From an uncultured Actinomycetes bacterium (GTDB taxonomy: Bacteria > Actinomycetota > Acidimicrobiia > IMCC26256 > DASPTH01): a stretch of DNA of 64,000 nucleotides. The position numbers were made by a program, and so were the translations under genes. The notes below the pieces were generated by a model. It did not search any database. It worked only from the letters and a program-made list of their open reading frames with translations, and was not told the DNA's origin. Within the stretch, counting starts at the first letter, position 1. Each line of letters opens with the position of its first letter. Below are positions 18,248 through 28,314 of this stretch, piece by piece. Where the stretch lies: NCBI GenBank assembly GCA_963819735.1, contig CAWFXC010000001.1, positions 1,865,415-1,929,414 on the forward strand. The letters are read 5' to 3'.

Positions 18248-21200
18248 CCGCGCGCTCTTCCGCGCTGCCTTCGCCGGCCGTGCCGGACCCTGCGCCGGCC
18301 GTGCCGGACCCTGCGCCGGCCGTGCCGGACCCTGCGACTCCGAGAAACAGGAAGACGCACGACGCGACGGGTTCGCCGGTGGCGAGCTCGAGCGCGAGCG
18401 CGTACGACGCGCCCTGCAACCGGTAGCGGGCAACCTTCTCGTCGAGGTCGTGCTCGTCGCGCCACGCGTCGGTCTTGTAGTCGACGACGACCAAGCCGTC
18501 GGGGCCACGGAACACGAGATCCACGTAGCCCTCGAGCGTCGAGCCTCCCACCGGCGCGGCCACATACATCTCGCGGCGGAAACCGGCCGCGACCGCGGCG
18601 CGCACCGTGCGGGTGGTGAGCGCGGCGCGGGCCCTCGCCGCGATGTCGTGCTCCTTTCCGATGATCCCCTCGGCCGCGGCCTGCGCGGCCGCGGTGGCGT
18701 CGATGTCGTCACCGGTCGTGAGGTCGACGGTTTGCAACACCGCGTGCACTGCCCGACCGATCGCGGTGCCGTACCGGCCCTTGTTCCAGGGCGGCAGTTC
18801 GAGGTCGCGCGCGTCCTTGGCCAGGCCGGGATCGCGGCCCGCGGCTTCCACGGCCGCCGCGGCTTGTGCGCGTTCGGCCGCGGCCCGTTCGGCCGCCTCG
18901 CGGGCGATCGCAGTGGCGGCGCGGATGCGGGGCCGGGCGCCGTCGGCCAACGCCGAGTCGAGCGCGGTTCGCCATTCGGCCCACGGGAGGAGCGGCGGAG
19001 CCGGTTCGCCACCGGCGGGTGGCGGGAGCGGCGCCACCTGGCTCGGGTCGAGCGCGACCCAACCAGTCTGCCGCTCGGGCACGGAGCCGGCTTGCCGTTC
19101 GGGCCCGGATTCGGCGGCGTGCCAGATCAGCTGGGCGTGGGTCCAGCCCGTCTGGTCTTCGGCGTTGGGGGGCTTCGCCGGCCGGTGCACCGAGACCACG
19201 AGGTGATCGCGGGCGCGGGTCATGGCCACGTAGAGCAGACGCAGCTTCTCGTGGAAGTCCATCTGCTCGTCGATGGGCTGGTAGCGCTCGAACTCCTCGG
19301 TGGTCACCCGCGCCGACACCCGGAGCGCGTAGGTGTCGGAGTCGTGCGGGAACCGCAGCTGCACGCCCGCGGTGCGCCGTAGGGCCTTCGTGGTCATGCC
19401 CGACACGATCGTGATCGGGAACTCGAGCCCCTTGGCGCCGTGAATGGTGAGGATGCGCACCGCGTCGTCGTCGGTCTCGGGCAGCACCGTCTCCACCACC
19501 CGCGCGCCTTCGCTTCCTTGCAGGTCGGCCCACTGCAGGAAGTCGCGCAGGCTCCCGCCCTCGGCTTCGGTGAACGCGCGGGCCTGCTCGACGACGAACC
19601 GGACGCGGCGCCAGAGATCGCGGGGGCGTCCGTGGGCGAAGCCGACCTCGAGCACGCGCCGCTCCCGCACGATGCGGTCGAGCAGCTCGCTCGGTGAGAG
19701 CCACATCCGCGCGTCGTGCCACGCCGCGAGCGTGCGCATCGCCTCACCGACGGCGTGATCGTCGGGCAGGCTCGCGGGGAGGTCGGCCCGGTGGTCCCAC
19801 CGCCCGTGGTGCGCGACCTTGAACGTGTAGAGGTCGTCGTCGCCACAGCCGAACACGGGGGAGCGGAGCGCGCTGACCAGCGCGAGCTCGTCGGTCGGGT
19901 CGTCGACGGCCTGGAGCACGACGAGCAGGTCGCGGATTTCCCGGGTGCCGTAGACGAGCGACGACGTCTCGGCGCGGTAGGGGATGCCGGCCCCGTCGAG
20001 CGCATCCTCGAGTTGCCCGAGCGACGTGCGCGCGGGGATCAGGATGCAGATGTCGCCGAGGCGACACGGTGCCCAGCTGTCGTTGCCGCCGGCGTCGCGC
20101 GCGCCGACCATCCATTCGTCGGCCAGGGCGGTGCGGATGGTCGCGGCGACGTCGAGGGCTTCGAGCCGGCGCAGCTCGTCGGCGTTGCCGGCGTCGGGAT
20201 CGGGTTCGACGCCCAGCAGCACCACCGGGGGGCCGCCCGGTGCCGCATCGCGCACGGGTTCGAGCGCGACGTATTCGGGCTGCGACTCCGGTTCGGCGAC
20301 GATGAGCTCGCGGAACACGTGGTTGACGAACTCGATCACCGGACGCGCCGACCGGAAGTTGCGGGTGAGGTGGCGCGGCGCGGCGCCGAAGGCGGAGCGT
20401 GCGCGCAGGAAGGCCGCGATGTCGGCCCGGCGGAACCGGTAGATCGACTGCTTCGGGTCGCCCACGACGAAGAGGCGGCCGGGGTCGGCGGTGAGCTCGT
20501 CCCACCGGCGCTCACGCGCGTCGGGATCCCCCGACGCGAGGAGCGCGGCGAGATCGCTCTGGATCGGATCGGTGTCCTGGAACTCGTCGAGGAGCAGCCG
20601 GGTGTAGCGCGCCCGCAGGCGTTGCCGGACGTCCCAGCCGTGGTCCGGATCGCGCAGGACCGCCCGGGCGAGCACGAGGAGGTCGTGGAACTCGAGCTGC
20701 CCGCTGCGGCGGCGGGCGTCGGCTTCGCGCAGGGTGAACTGCGCGATCTCCCAGGCCAACCGCCTGACCACCAGCTCGGTGAACTGCTTCGTGATCGCGT
20801 CGACGTGCTTGCGCGCCGCCGCCACCGCCCCGCGCACCGCCGCGACGTCGGGCCAGTTCCCCTTCTGGCCCGCGTTTCCCCTGACCTTGGGCATTCCGGC
20901 AGTGAGCAGTCGCACCTGCTCGTACTCGTCGGGCGCGCTGGACACCTCGCGTCGCCAGTCGGCGATGGCGACGAGGCCGGCGAGGAGCTTGTCGGCCTCG
21001 TCGGTGCATTCCGCAGCGCGCGCAGTGAGCTCGTCGACCGCGGCGAACACTCCGTCGACCGGGAGGGGCGGGGGGTCGGGCTCCTCGTGCATGCGTTCGG
21101 CGACGAGGTCCCAGTTCGCGTTGCACGCGAGCGCCAGCGTGCGCAGCGTGTCGCGGCTCATGTCGGCGTTGAGCGCGAGCAGGAGCGGTCGTTCGAGGGC

Positions 21201-21701
21201 CGGGTCGTCGAGCGCGTGGTCGAGGAAGCGCGTCCAGCGGTCTTCGAACGCGAGCTGCGACCCGATGTCGTCGAGCACTTCGATCCGCGGTGGAAGGCCG
21301 GCCTCGATGGGGTGCTCGCCGAGCAGGCGCTGCGCGAACGCGTGCAACGTCGACACTGCCGCGGCATCGAGCTCGTCGAGCGCGACCGCGGCGCGGGCCG
21401 CGGCCATGTCGGCGCCCGTGCCCGCGCTCACGCGCGCGGCGACGTCCTCCAGGCGACGGCGAATGCGGTCGCGGAGCTCCGCCGCCGCTTTGTCGGTGAA
21501 CGTCACCGCGACGATCTCGCGCATCGGGATGTCGCCCACGGTCACGAGCGCGACGATCCGGCTCACCAGTGCTTCGGTCTTGCCCGATCCCGCGCCCGCC
21601 TCGACGAACAGCGTGGCGTCGAGCTCGTGCGCGATGGCCTCGCGGGTCGCGAGATCCTCGTCGAGGTCGAGGAAGCTCTGCTGGAACACTTCAGGCGCCA
21701 T
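18189..21701 (-). CDS. adnB: UvrD-like helicase with a C-terminal RecB-type nuclease (AdnB-like subunit)
   Basis: Start at the ATG giving MAPEVFQQSFLDL. Has Walker A (EAGAGSGKTEALV), DEFQDT, UvrD motifs, and the C-terminal PD-(D/E)XK motif GYVDLVF...VVVDYKTD. It is paired with the upstream nuclease-helicase gene, overlapping it by 11 nt. Confidence 0.8.
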   Translation of the reverse strand: MAPEVFQQSFLDLDEDLATREAIAHELDATLFVEAGAGSGKTEALVSRIVALVTVGDIPMREIVAVTFTDKAAAELRDRIRRRLEDVAARVSAGTGADMAAARAAVALDELDAAAVSTLHAFAQRLLGEHPIEAGLPPRIEVLDDIGSQLAFEDRWTRFLDHALDDPALERPLLLALNADMSRDTLRTLALACNANWDLVAERMHEEPDPPPLPVDGVFAAVDELTARAAECTDEADKLLAGLVAIADWRREVSSAPDEYEQVRLLTAGMPKVRGNAGQKGNWPDVAAVRGAVAAARKHVDAITKQFTELVVRRLAWEIAQFTLREADARRRSGQLEFHDLLVLARAVLRDPDHGWDVRQRLRARYTRLLLDEFQDTDPIQSDLAALLASGDPDARERRWDELTADPGRLFVVGDPKQSIYRFRRADIAAFLRARSAFGAAPRHLTRNFRSARPVIEFVNHVFRELIVAEPESQPEYVALEPVRDAAPGGPPVVLLGVEPDPDAGNADELRRLEALDVAATIRTALADEWMVGARDAGGNDSWAPCRLGDICILIPARTSLGQLEDALDGAGIPYRAETSSLVYGTREIRDLLVVLQAVDDPTDELALVSALRSPVFGCGDDDLYTFKVAHHGRWDHRADLPASLPDDHAVGEAMRTLAAWHDARMWLSPSELLDRIVRERRVLEVGFAHGRPRDLWRRVRFVVEQARAFTEAEGGSLRDFLQWADLQGSEGARVVETVLPETDDDAVRILTIHGAKGLEFPITIVSGMTTKALRRTAGVQLRFPHDSDTYALRVSARVTTEEFERYQPIDEQMDFHEKLRLLYVAMTRARDHLVVSVHRPAKPPNAEDQTGWTHAQLIWHAAESGPERQAGSVPERQTGWVALDPSQVAPLPPPAGGEPAPPLLPWAEWRTALDSALADGARPRIRAATAIAREAAERAAAERAQAAAAVEAAGRDPGLAKDARDLELPPWNKGRYGTAIGRAVHAVLQTVDLTTGDDIDATAAAQAAAEGIIGKEHDIAARARAALTTRTVRAAVAAGFRREMYVAAPVGGSTLEGYVDLVFRGPDGLVVVDYKTDAWRDEHDLDEKVARYRLQGASYALALELATGEPVASCVFLFLGVAGSGTAGAGSGTAGAGSGTAGEGSAEERAVSDLPQAIAEVRALLAASS
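18273..18335 (-). repeat. Perfect 21-bp x3 tandem repeat inside the adnB 3' region (encodes GSGTAGA x3)
   Basis: GCCGGCCGTGCCGGACCCTGC is repeated three times without mismatch. The period is divisible by 3 and in frame. Confidence 0.95.
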
Positions 21702-24700
21702 CGTCGACCTCGTCGCCCGTGACCTCGTCGCCCGTGACCGACTCGCCCGGCTCCGCCAGCTCGACGTAGCCGCGGAGCGTGGGCGCGCCGCGTTTGCGGG
21801 TCCACTCCCGGTAGCGGTCGCGGGTGCCGCGCGGATCGGGATCGGCGTAGGTGCGGGCGCGCCACTGCCACGTTGACGGCGCATCGACGCGGCACGGGAA
21901 CACGCCAGCCTCGATGCCGTCGACGATCGTGCGGAGGACGGTGTCGAGCCGGGCGTCGACCGACGGCGTGAGGGCGAGGTCGGACCACCGGAACCCGCCC
22001 TTGGTGCTGATGAACCAGTACGCGGCGCCGACGGGAGTGTCGGCGTCGCCGAACGACGCGCGCGCCGCGTGCGCGTAGACCGGGAGCTGGAGCAGGGTGC
22101 CGCCCGCGGTGGGGTCGTCGGCGCCCGGACCCCGCGCCCTCCCCGTCTTGTAGTCGATCACCCAGAGCACACCGGTGTCGGTGCGGTCGACACGGTCGGC
22201 GGCGCCGCGGAAACGCAGCGTTCGGCCGTCGGAGAGCGCGAGCTTCACCGCGGGAGCCGTGGCGTCGGGCAGCCCGAAGCGAAGCTCCGTAGCGATGGTG
22301 CGGATGCCGTTCTCCGCTCGCACCGCGAAGTCCTCGAGGAGGAACCGGTCGAGGTCGGCGAGGATGCGCCGCTGGTCGCGGTGCCAGAACAGCCGACGCC
22401 CGGTGAGCCCCTCCGCTTCGTACTGCGCGCAGTGCGCCTGGGCGATCTCCACCAACCGATCGCGTTCGGCCGCGCTCCATTCGGCGTCGGGGTCGGGCAC
22501 GCCGCCGGGCCGCTCGAGCATGGCGCGGAGGAATTCGTCGAGGATCTCGTGCACCAGCGAGCCGCGGTCGAGCGGTGACAGCTCGTATCGCTCTTCGGGC
22601 AGCTCGGGGATGTCGACCCGCAGTACCTGCTCCATGAAGTACGCGAACGGGCACGCGGCCCACGTCTGGAGCCGCGTCGGTGAGACCACGACGTCGCCTT
22701 CGGTGGGCGCGGCGATGCCGACGCCCGCGAGGTTGCCGTCGAACCGCGTGAATTCGTAGCCCGCGCGCGCGACCGTGCACTCGAGGCCGCGGCGCAACGC
22801 GGCATCCGGTTCCGGGAGATCGTGCGCGGCGGCGTTGCCGCCGGCACGCGTGTGGTCGAGCAGTGCCCGCAGCCGGTACTCCTGTTCGGTGGCCGGGAAG
22901 CGCACGCGGGCGATCCCGGCCGCGAACGACGGGACCGGTGCGAACCAGTCGGCGTGGAGGCCGGCCAGGTCGTCGGCGTAGCGCCGTTCGCCGCCCAGCG
23001 CGGCCACGGTGTCGAGCACGAAGCGCGACGGCATCCGCTCCGTGGTGCGGCGGAGGTCGCCGCGTGGGTACAGCAGCACCCGCTCCCCAGTCGCGGCGGC
23101 CAACGCGGCGAGGAATCGGCGATGGTCGTCGTCGACGCGCGCGCGTCGTAACGGGAGCACGCCCTCGGTGAGCCCGCGGTCGGCGTCGGGGAGCAGGGAA
23201 TCGTCGCGGACGCGGGTGGGGAACGTGCCTTCGGCGAGGCCGCACACGAACACCCGGTCGAGGTCGAGGCCGAGGCCCAACGACACGTGCCCCATGAGGA
23301 TTCCGTCGCCCAGCCGCCCGACTCGCCCGAGGTCGGCGTCGAGCTCGAGCTCGAGCGTGCGCCGGAACACGTCGATGCCCGGGGTGGACTCCACCGCGTC
23401 GAGCCCGGCGAGGCGCTCGAGCGCGGCGTCGACCTTGTCGGCCGCGTGCTGCTCCTGCTCGGGCCAGCGGGCGCGACGCGAGTCGTCGCCCAAGTGGTCG
23501 CGCACGAGTTGCTGGGCCCAACCCGCGAGCTCGCGCCAACCCCACGACTCCTCGGTGCGCATGGCGGCGACGATCCCGGTGATGAACTCCGCGAGGGCGC
23601 GGGTGGCCGCCAGCTCCCGCTCGTAGCGCTCCGGGCGCGGGTCGCGATCGGGGACCGCGAGCTCCTCGGCGAGCGAGCGGGCCACGATGCGGGCGTGGCG
23701 GTCGAGCCGCTCCTGCCACTGCGCCGGACCCCGGACCACCCCGGCGTTGCGGCTGATCTGGTCCCAGAAGGCTGCGGGCGCCGGCCGATCGTGCCAGTGC
23801 ACCGGCGCCGAGGCGAGGAGGGCCATGACGTCGTGCCGGTGGAACTGACGGTCGGGGAGCGCGAGCAGGCCGAGCAGCGAACGCCCGAGCACGCTCTCGG
23901 CGAGGGTGCGGACCGCGGCGCCGTTGTGCGGGATCCCGGCCGCGCCGAGTTGCTCGTGCACGAGACGCGCGTAGGGCTCGGCCGCGCCGTAGAGGATCGC
24001 CATCCGCTCGAGCGCGACGCCGTCGCGCAGCGCGTCGACCACGAGACGTACGACGGCCCGGACCTCGTCGTCGGGATCCGAGGCCGACACGACGCGCGTC
24101 CCGCGCGGGACGACCGCGTCTTCGACCACCGCGTCGTCGAACCCGAGGCGCGCCAGCGACGTCGCGACGGCGGCATCGGCGCGCGCGATGCCCGTCGTCC
24201 CGGCGATCACCGTGACCTCGGCGCGACGCGCCAGCGCATCGAGCACCGCGGCGGCGGGGATCGGAACCTCCTGAGGGAGGTAGACGACGACCGCGCCGAT
24301 GTCGGCGAGCAGCGGTGTTCCGGCGTCGATCACGCCGACGGCGGCGTCCATGAGATCGCGCTCGTCGTACCAGGCGGGTTCGAGCTCGGCGCGCGCGGCA
24401 CGACAGATGCGGACGACGTCGGCGGCGCGCCGGCCGGCACGCGCGAGCTGATCGAGCGCGCCGGTCGAACACGTCGACAACTCGCGGTAGGCGTCGACCA
24501 GCGCTTCCTCGGTGGCGGGGTGCTGCGCGACCGCGGCGAAGACTCCCGGCGCGCCGGCCAGCACGCCCCGGATCGCCGCCGCCAACACGGGATTCGACAC
24601 CGGGCGGCGACGGGCCGACGCCAGACGGGGCGCGCCGAGCAGTTCGGCGAGGCGATAGGTGGTGAGGAACGTGACCGCGGCGATGCCGTCGCCGGCGGGC

Positions 24701-24879
24701 GTGAGCCGGCCCAGGGTGCCGGCGGCCAGCAGCCGGCGCTCCGCGACCCCGACGTAGTTGGTGGGCACCACGACCGTGACCGGGGCCAACGGGTCACCCG
24801 CCTTGCCCGCCGCGATCGCGTCACGCAGTGCCTGCGCGGCGGCGCGGCCGTATGCGGCGCGGACGAGCGAGCAAGCCAT
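21691..24879 (-). CDS. adnA: AdnA/AddB-like helicase-nuclease subunit (degenerate motor domain plus PD-(D/E)XK nuclease)
   Basis: About 1060 aa from the internal ATG (MACSLVRAAYG). No canonical GKT Walker A is seen near the N-terminus. The C-terminus has SPTRLQTWAACPFAYF, VIDYKTG and LQLPVY nuclease motifs. It lies immediately upstream of the adnB-like gene. Confidence 0.7.
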   Translation of the reverse strand: MACSLVRAAYGRAAAQALRDAIAAGKAGDPLAPVTVVVPTNYVGVAERRLLAAGTLGRLTPAGDGIAAVTFLTTYRLAELLGAPRLASARRRPVSNPVLAAAIRGVLAGAPGVFAAVAQHPATEEALVDAYRELSTCSTGALDQLARAGRRAADVVRICRAARAELEPAWYDERDLMDAAVGVIDAGTPLLADIGAVVVYLPQEVPIPAAAVLDALARRAEVTVIAGTTGIARADAAVATSLARLGFDDAVVEDAVVPRGTRVVSASDPDDEVRAVVRLVVDALRDGVALERMAILYGAAEPYARLVHEQLGAAGIPHNGAAVRTLAESVLGRSLLGLLALPDRQFHRHDVMALLASAPVHWHDRPAPAAFWDQISRNAGVVRGPAQWQERLDRHARIVARSLAEELAVPDRDPRPERYERELAATRALAEFITGIVAAMRTEESWGWRELAGWAQQLVRDHLGDDSRRARWPEQEQHAADKVDAALERLAGLDAVESTPGIDVFRRTLELELDADLGRVGRLGDGILMGHVSLGLGLDLDRVFVCGLAEGTFPTRVRDDSLLPDADRGLTEGVLPLRRARVDDDHRRFLAALAAATGERVLLYPRGDLRRTTERMPSRFVLDTVAALGGERRYADDLAGLHADWFAPVPSFAAGIARVRFPATEQEYRLRALLDHTRAGGNAAAHDLPEPDAALRRGLECTVARAGYEFTRFDGNLAGVGIAAPTEGDVVVSPTRLQTWAACPFAYFMEQVLRVDIPELPEERYELSPLDRGSLVHEILDEFLRAMLERPGGVPDPDAEWSAAERDRLVEIAQAHCAQYEAEGLTGRRLFWHRDQRRILADLDRFLLEDFAVRAENGIRTIATELRFGLPDATAPAVKLALSDGRTLRFRGAADRVDRTDTGVLWVIDYKTGRARGPGADDPTAGGTLLQLPVYAHAARASFGDADTPVGAAYWFISTKGGFRWSDLALTPSVDARLDTVLRTIVDGIEAGVFPCRVDAPSTWQWRARTYADPDPRGTRDRYREWTRKRGAPTLRGYVELAEPGESVTGDEVTGDEVDDGA

Positions 24880-25013
24880 GGGTGGGATCGTACGGCGGGG
24901 GTGTGACGCCGTCGTCCGGGCCTGATCGGAGCAGATGGGAGGCGTCATCGGGGCCGTAATCGGGGACGTCACGGGATGGTGGATCCGAGAGGGGGACAGG
25001 TAGCTTCGGCCGG

Positions 25014-26015
25014 GTGAGCGGGGTCGTGGCAGAGGGCTTGGTCAAGCGGTTCGGCGAGTTCACTGCGCTCGACGGGGTCGACTTCAGCGTGGCCGAAGGC
25101 GGGCTCGCCGGGCTGCTCGGTCCGAACGGCGCGGGCAAGACGACCACCATCCGGATCCTCACCACGCTGCTCGATTTCGACGCCGGCCACGCGACCGTGG
25201 GTGGCTACGACGTGATGCGCGAGGCGCAACTCGTCCGCAGCATCATCGGCCTGACCGGCCAGTACGCGGCGGTCGACGACTACCTGACCGGTCGCGAGAA
25301 CCTCGTGCTGGTCGGCCGCCTCGGCCGCATGCGCAAGGCCCACGCGAAGGAGCGGGCCGCGCACCTGCTCACGCTCTTCGAGCTCGACTACGCAGCCGAC
25401 CGCGCGTTGCGCACGTACTCCGGGGGGATGCGCCGCCGCCTCGACCTCGCGGCGAGCCTCATGGTGGCCCCGAGCGTGCTGTTCCTCGACGAGCCCACCA
25501 CGGGCCTCGATCCGCGCAGCCGGTTGAGCCTGTGGGACGTCATCGCCGAGCTCAAGGTGGAGGGCACGACGATCGTCCTCACCACGCAGTACCTCGAGGA
25601 GGCCGACCACCTGGCCGAACGCATCAGCGTGATCGACGCCGGCCGGGTGATCGCCGAAGGCACGGCCGACGAGTTGAAGACGCTCGTCGGGGGCGACGTG
25701 CTGCACGTGGTGGTGGAAGACCGCGGCCGCCTCGCCGACGCGGTGGTGAGCATGGGCCGTGCCTTCGCGCTCGGGGAGCACGAGCTCACGTTCGATCCCG
25801 AACTGGGCACGGTCGTGATACCGGTCACGACCGGCGCCGCCGCACTCACCCACGCGTTGCGCAACCTCGATGCCGACGACATCGCGATCTCCGATCTCAG
25901 CCTCCGTCGCCCCTCGCTCGACGACGTGTTCCTCAGCCTCACCGGGCGCGCCAACGCCGAGGACCGTCCCGAGCAGGCGCTCCCCCGTCCGCTCAACCAA
26001 GGTCGCCGTGACTGA
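25014..26015 (+). CDS. ABC transporter ATP-binding protein (DrrA/ABC-2 exporter type)
   Basis: Has Walker A (GLLGPNGAGKTTT), the signature YSGGMRRRLDLA and Walker B (VLFLDEPTTGLD). Confidence 0.9.
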   Translation: MSGVVAEGLVKRFGEFTALDGVDFSVAEGGLAGLLGPNGAGKTTTIRILTTLLDFDAGHATVGGYDVMREAQLVRSIIGLTGQYAAVDDYLTGRENLVLVGRLGRMRKAHAKERAAHLLTLFELDYAADRALRTYSGGMRRRLDLAASLMVAPSVLFLDEPTTGLDPRSRLSLWDVIAELKVEGTTIVLTTQYLEEADHLAERISVIDAGRVIAEGTADELKTLVGGDVLHVVVEDRGRLADAVVSMGRAFALGEHELTFDPELGTVVIPVTTGAAALTHALRNLDADDIAISDLSLRRPSLDDVFLSLTGRANAEDRPEQALPRPLNQGRRD

Positions 26016-26865
26016 CACCAACGCCATCACCACCGGGGTGGAAGCCCCGCGGGTCGAGGAACGGGCCGCACTCCACCCGCGACGCGTCGCACTCGACATC
26101 TGGTTGCTCGCCGAACGGAACCTGATGAAGGTGTGGCGCAACAAGCGGCTCATCATCTTCTCGACCGTGCAGCCGATCATGCAGCTGATCCTGTTCGCGT
26201 TCGTGTTCGGTGCGATCGCCAACCTCGGCGACACCGGCCTCAGCTACAAGGACTTCGTCGTCCCCGCGGTGATCATCCAGACCATGGTGTTCACCGGCGT
26301 GCAGTCCGGCATCGGCATCGCCGACGACCTCCACACCGGGATGATCGATCGGTTCCGCTCGCTGCCGATCGCCCGCTCCGCGTTCCTCCTCGGCCGCACG
26401 GTCAGCGACACGCTGCGGCTCGCGTACCAGGTCATCCTGCTCTTGATCGCGGCGTCGATCATCGGCTTCCGCTTCCACGGGGGCGTTCTCGGCGCGGTGG
26501 CGATGCCGTTCGTCGCGGTGTTGTTCGGGATGTCGCTCATCACGTTCTCGGAGTACATGGGGCTCACGGTGCAGGATCCCGAGACCGTCCAGGCGGCCGT
26601 GTTCATCCCCCTCCTGCCCCTGATCTTCACCAGCTCGGCGTTCGCGCCGGTGTCGCGGCTGCCCGGTTGGATGCAGCCGATCGCGCGGGTGAACCCGGTC
26701 ACGTCGGCGATCGACACCGCGCGAGGTCTTGCGTTGGGCGACGACAATCTCTACCGCGTGAGCCAGGTGCACCTTTCGACGGCCGCGTTGCGCTTTGCCG
26801 GATCGGTCATCGCCATCACCGTGATCTTCACCGCGCTGGCGGTGCGCAAGTACCGCCAGGCCTGA
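26008..26865 (+). CDS. ABC-2 type transporter permease
   Basis: The GTG start overlaps the ATPase stop by 8 nt. Has six TM helices and ABC-2 membrane-protein features (RNKRLIIFSTVQPIMQLILF). Confidence 0.85.
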   Translation: MTDTNAITTGVEAPRVEERAALHPRRVALDIWLLAERNLMKVWRNKRLIIFSTVQPIMQLILFAFVFGAIANLGDTGLSYKDFVVPAVIIQTMVFTGVQSGIGIADDLHTGMIDRFRSLPIARSAFLLGRTVSDTLRLAYQVILLLIAASIIGFRFHGGVLGAVAMPFVAVLFGMSLITFSEYMGLTVQDPETVQAAVFIPLLPLIFTSSAFAPVSRLPGWMQPIARVNPVTSAIDTARGLALGDDNLYRVSQVHLSTAALRFAGSVIAITVIFTALAVRKYRQA

Positions 26866-26904
26866 CGTCGGGCTCCGACATCGGGTCTCGCGTCAGATCT
26901 CGCG

Positions 26905-27573
26905 TCAGCCTTCGACGGCGGTCGGGCCCACTGCGTTGCGGGCCTTGGCCGCGCACACGATGAGCTCGACGCAGGTGTCGATGTCGAGCGTCGTCGAGTC
27001 GATCACGAGGTGGTAGTGACAAGGGTCGCGCGCGTCGACCTTGTAGAAGTGCTTGACGTAGCCCTCGCGGGCCCGGTCGGTCTCCGCCAGGCGCTTGCGC
27101 GCCACCGCTTCGTCGACGCCCTCGTAGGCCGTTGCCCTCGCGACGCGACGTTCGACCGCGGCGTCGAGTCGCACGTGCAGCGCGGTGCGCTCGTTGGCCA
27201 GCACGATCGCGCCCGCTCGCCCGAGGATCACACCACCTCGCGTCTCCGCGATCTGGTGGAGGACGCGCTCGGTCTCATCGCGGAACGCCTGCTCCGGCTG
27301 GTCGGACAACGACGTCCGCGCGGTCGGGGCGGTGCCGAACACCGTGTCGGGGGCGGCGGCGGCGCGGGCGAGGCTGGCCAGCGCACGCCCCATGCCCGTC
27401 TTGCGGCGTTCGTCGTAGGCCATCGCGTCGGCCATGGGCACGGCCAGGGCCTCGGCGACCGCGACCGGGATCGCCCGATCGAGGAACGGCAGGCCGAGCC
27501 GCTCGGCCACCCGGGGCCCGATGAGGCTGCCCCCGGCGCCGAACGAGGCCGACAGGGTCACTACGGGCGCCAT
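26905..27573 (-). CDS. Cytidylate-kinase-like family protein (AAA-type NTPase)
   Basis: Start at the internal ATG. The N-terminal P-loop-like VVTLSASFGAGGSLIGPRVAERLGLPFLD and the overall length are typical of the Cytidylate_kin2 family. Confidence 0.6.
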   Translation of the reverse strand: MAPVVTLSASFGAGGSLIGPRVAERLGLPFLDRAIPVAVAEALAVPMADAMAYDERRKTGMGRALASLARAAAAPDTVFGTAPTARTSLSDQPEQAFRDETERVLHQIAETRGGVILGRAGAIVLANERTALHVRLDAAVERRVARATAYEGVDEAVARKRLAETDRAREGYVKHFYKVDARDPCHYHLVIDSTTLDIDTCVELIVCAAKARNAVGPTAVEG

Positions 27574-27626
27574 ACGTGCAGTCTGCCACCCCAGGGAAGC
27601 GGCGCGGCGAGCGCGAGACTCTGACC

Positions 27627-28286
27627 ATGACACCGTCGACGTGGATCGAGCGCCGGCAGTCGGCGCGGGCGCGAGTCCTCGTCGCCGCCGGGTTCGGTGC
27701 GGTCGCGGCGTTCGTCGCCTCGTGGTTCGCCCCGTGGCAGTTGACGGTGCTCATCGGCTGGGACGTCGCCGCGGTGCTCATGCTGGTGACGATCTGGACC
27801 TCGGTGGTCACCTTCTCGGCGGAGAAGACCGCCGCCTTCGCCACCCGCGAGGACGACACCCGGGCCGGTGAGCAACTGATCCTGCTCGGCGCCGCGGTCG
27901 TGAGCCTGGTGGGCGTGCTCGCCGCGTTCCTCAAGGCCAACCAGAGTGATCAGACCCTGCAGGCGATCCTCGAAGGCGTGGGCATCTTCACCATCGCCTG
28001 TTCGTGGGGGCTCGTGCACACCGTGTTCGCACTCCGCTACGCCCACCTCTATTACACGGCACCGGTCGGCGGCATCGACTTCAAGATGAAGGGCGTGGAT
28101 CCCGACTACCGCGACTTCGCGTACACCGCGTTCACCATCGGGATGACGTTCCAGGTGTCGGACACCGACATCACGCAGCAGGCCATGCGGCGCGCGGTGT
28201 TGCGGCACGCGCTGCTGTCGTTCCTGTTCGGCGCGGTGATCCTGGCCACCACGGTGAACGTGATCGCCGGGCTGCTCAACGGTTGA
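27627..28286 (+). CDS. DUF1345 membrane protein
   Basis: Start at the internal ATG. Has TM helices and the conserved C-terminal block DFAYTAFTIGMTFQVSDTD. Confidence 0.65.
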   Translation: MTPSTWIERRQSARARVLVAAGFGAVAAFVASWFAPWQLTVLIGWDVAAVLMLVTIWTSVVTFSAEKTAAFATREDDTRAGEQLILLGAAVVSLVGVLAAFLKANQSDQTLQAILEGVGIFTIACSWGLVHTVFALRYAHLYYTAPVGGIDFKMKGVDPDYRDFAYTAFTIGMTFQVSDTDITQQAMRRAVLRHALLSFLFGAVILATTVNVIAGLLNG

Positions 28287-28314
28287 CGAGGGTTGAGCAG
28301 CCCGACGAACCAAC

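Noticed and set aside
21563-24472. A 969-aa minus-strand ORF in an alternative frame of the adnA-like gene.
   Set aside because: It is extremely Arg-rich (RRRGRR runs) with no motif. The 21691..24972 frame carries the nuclease motifs.
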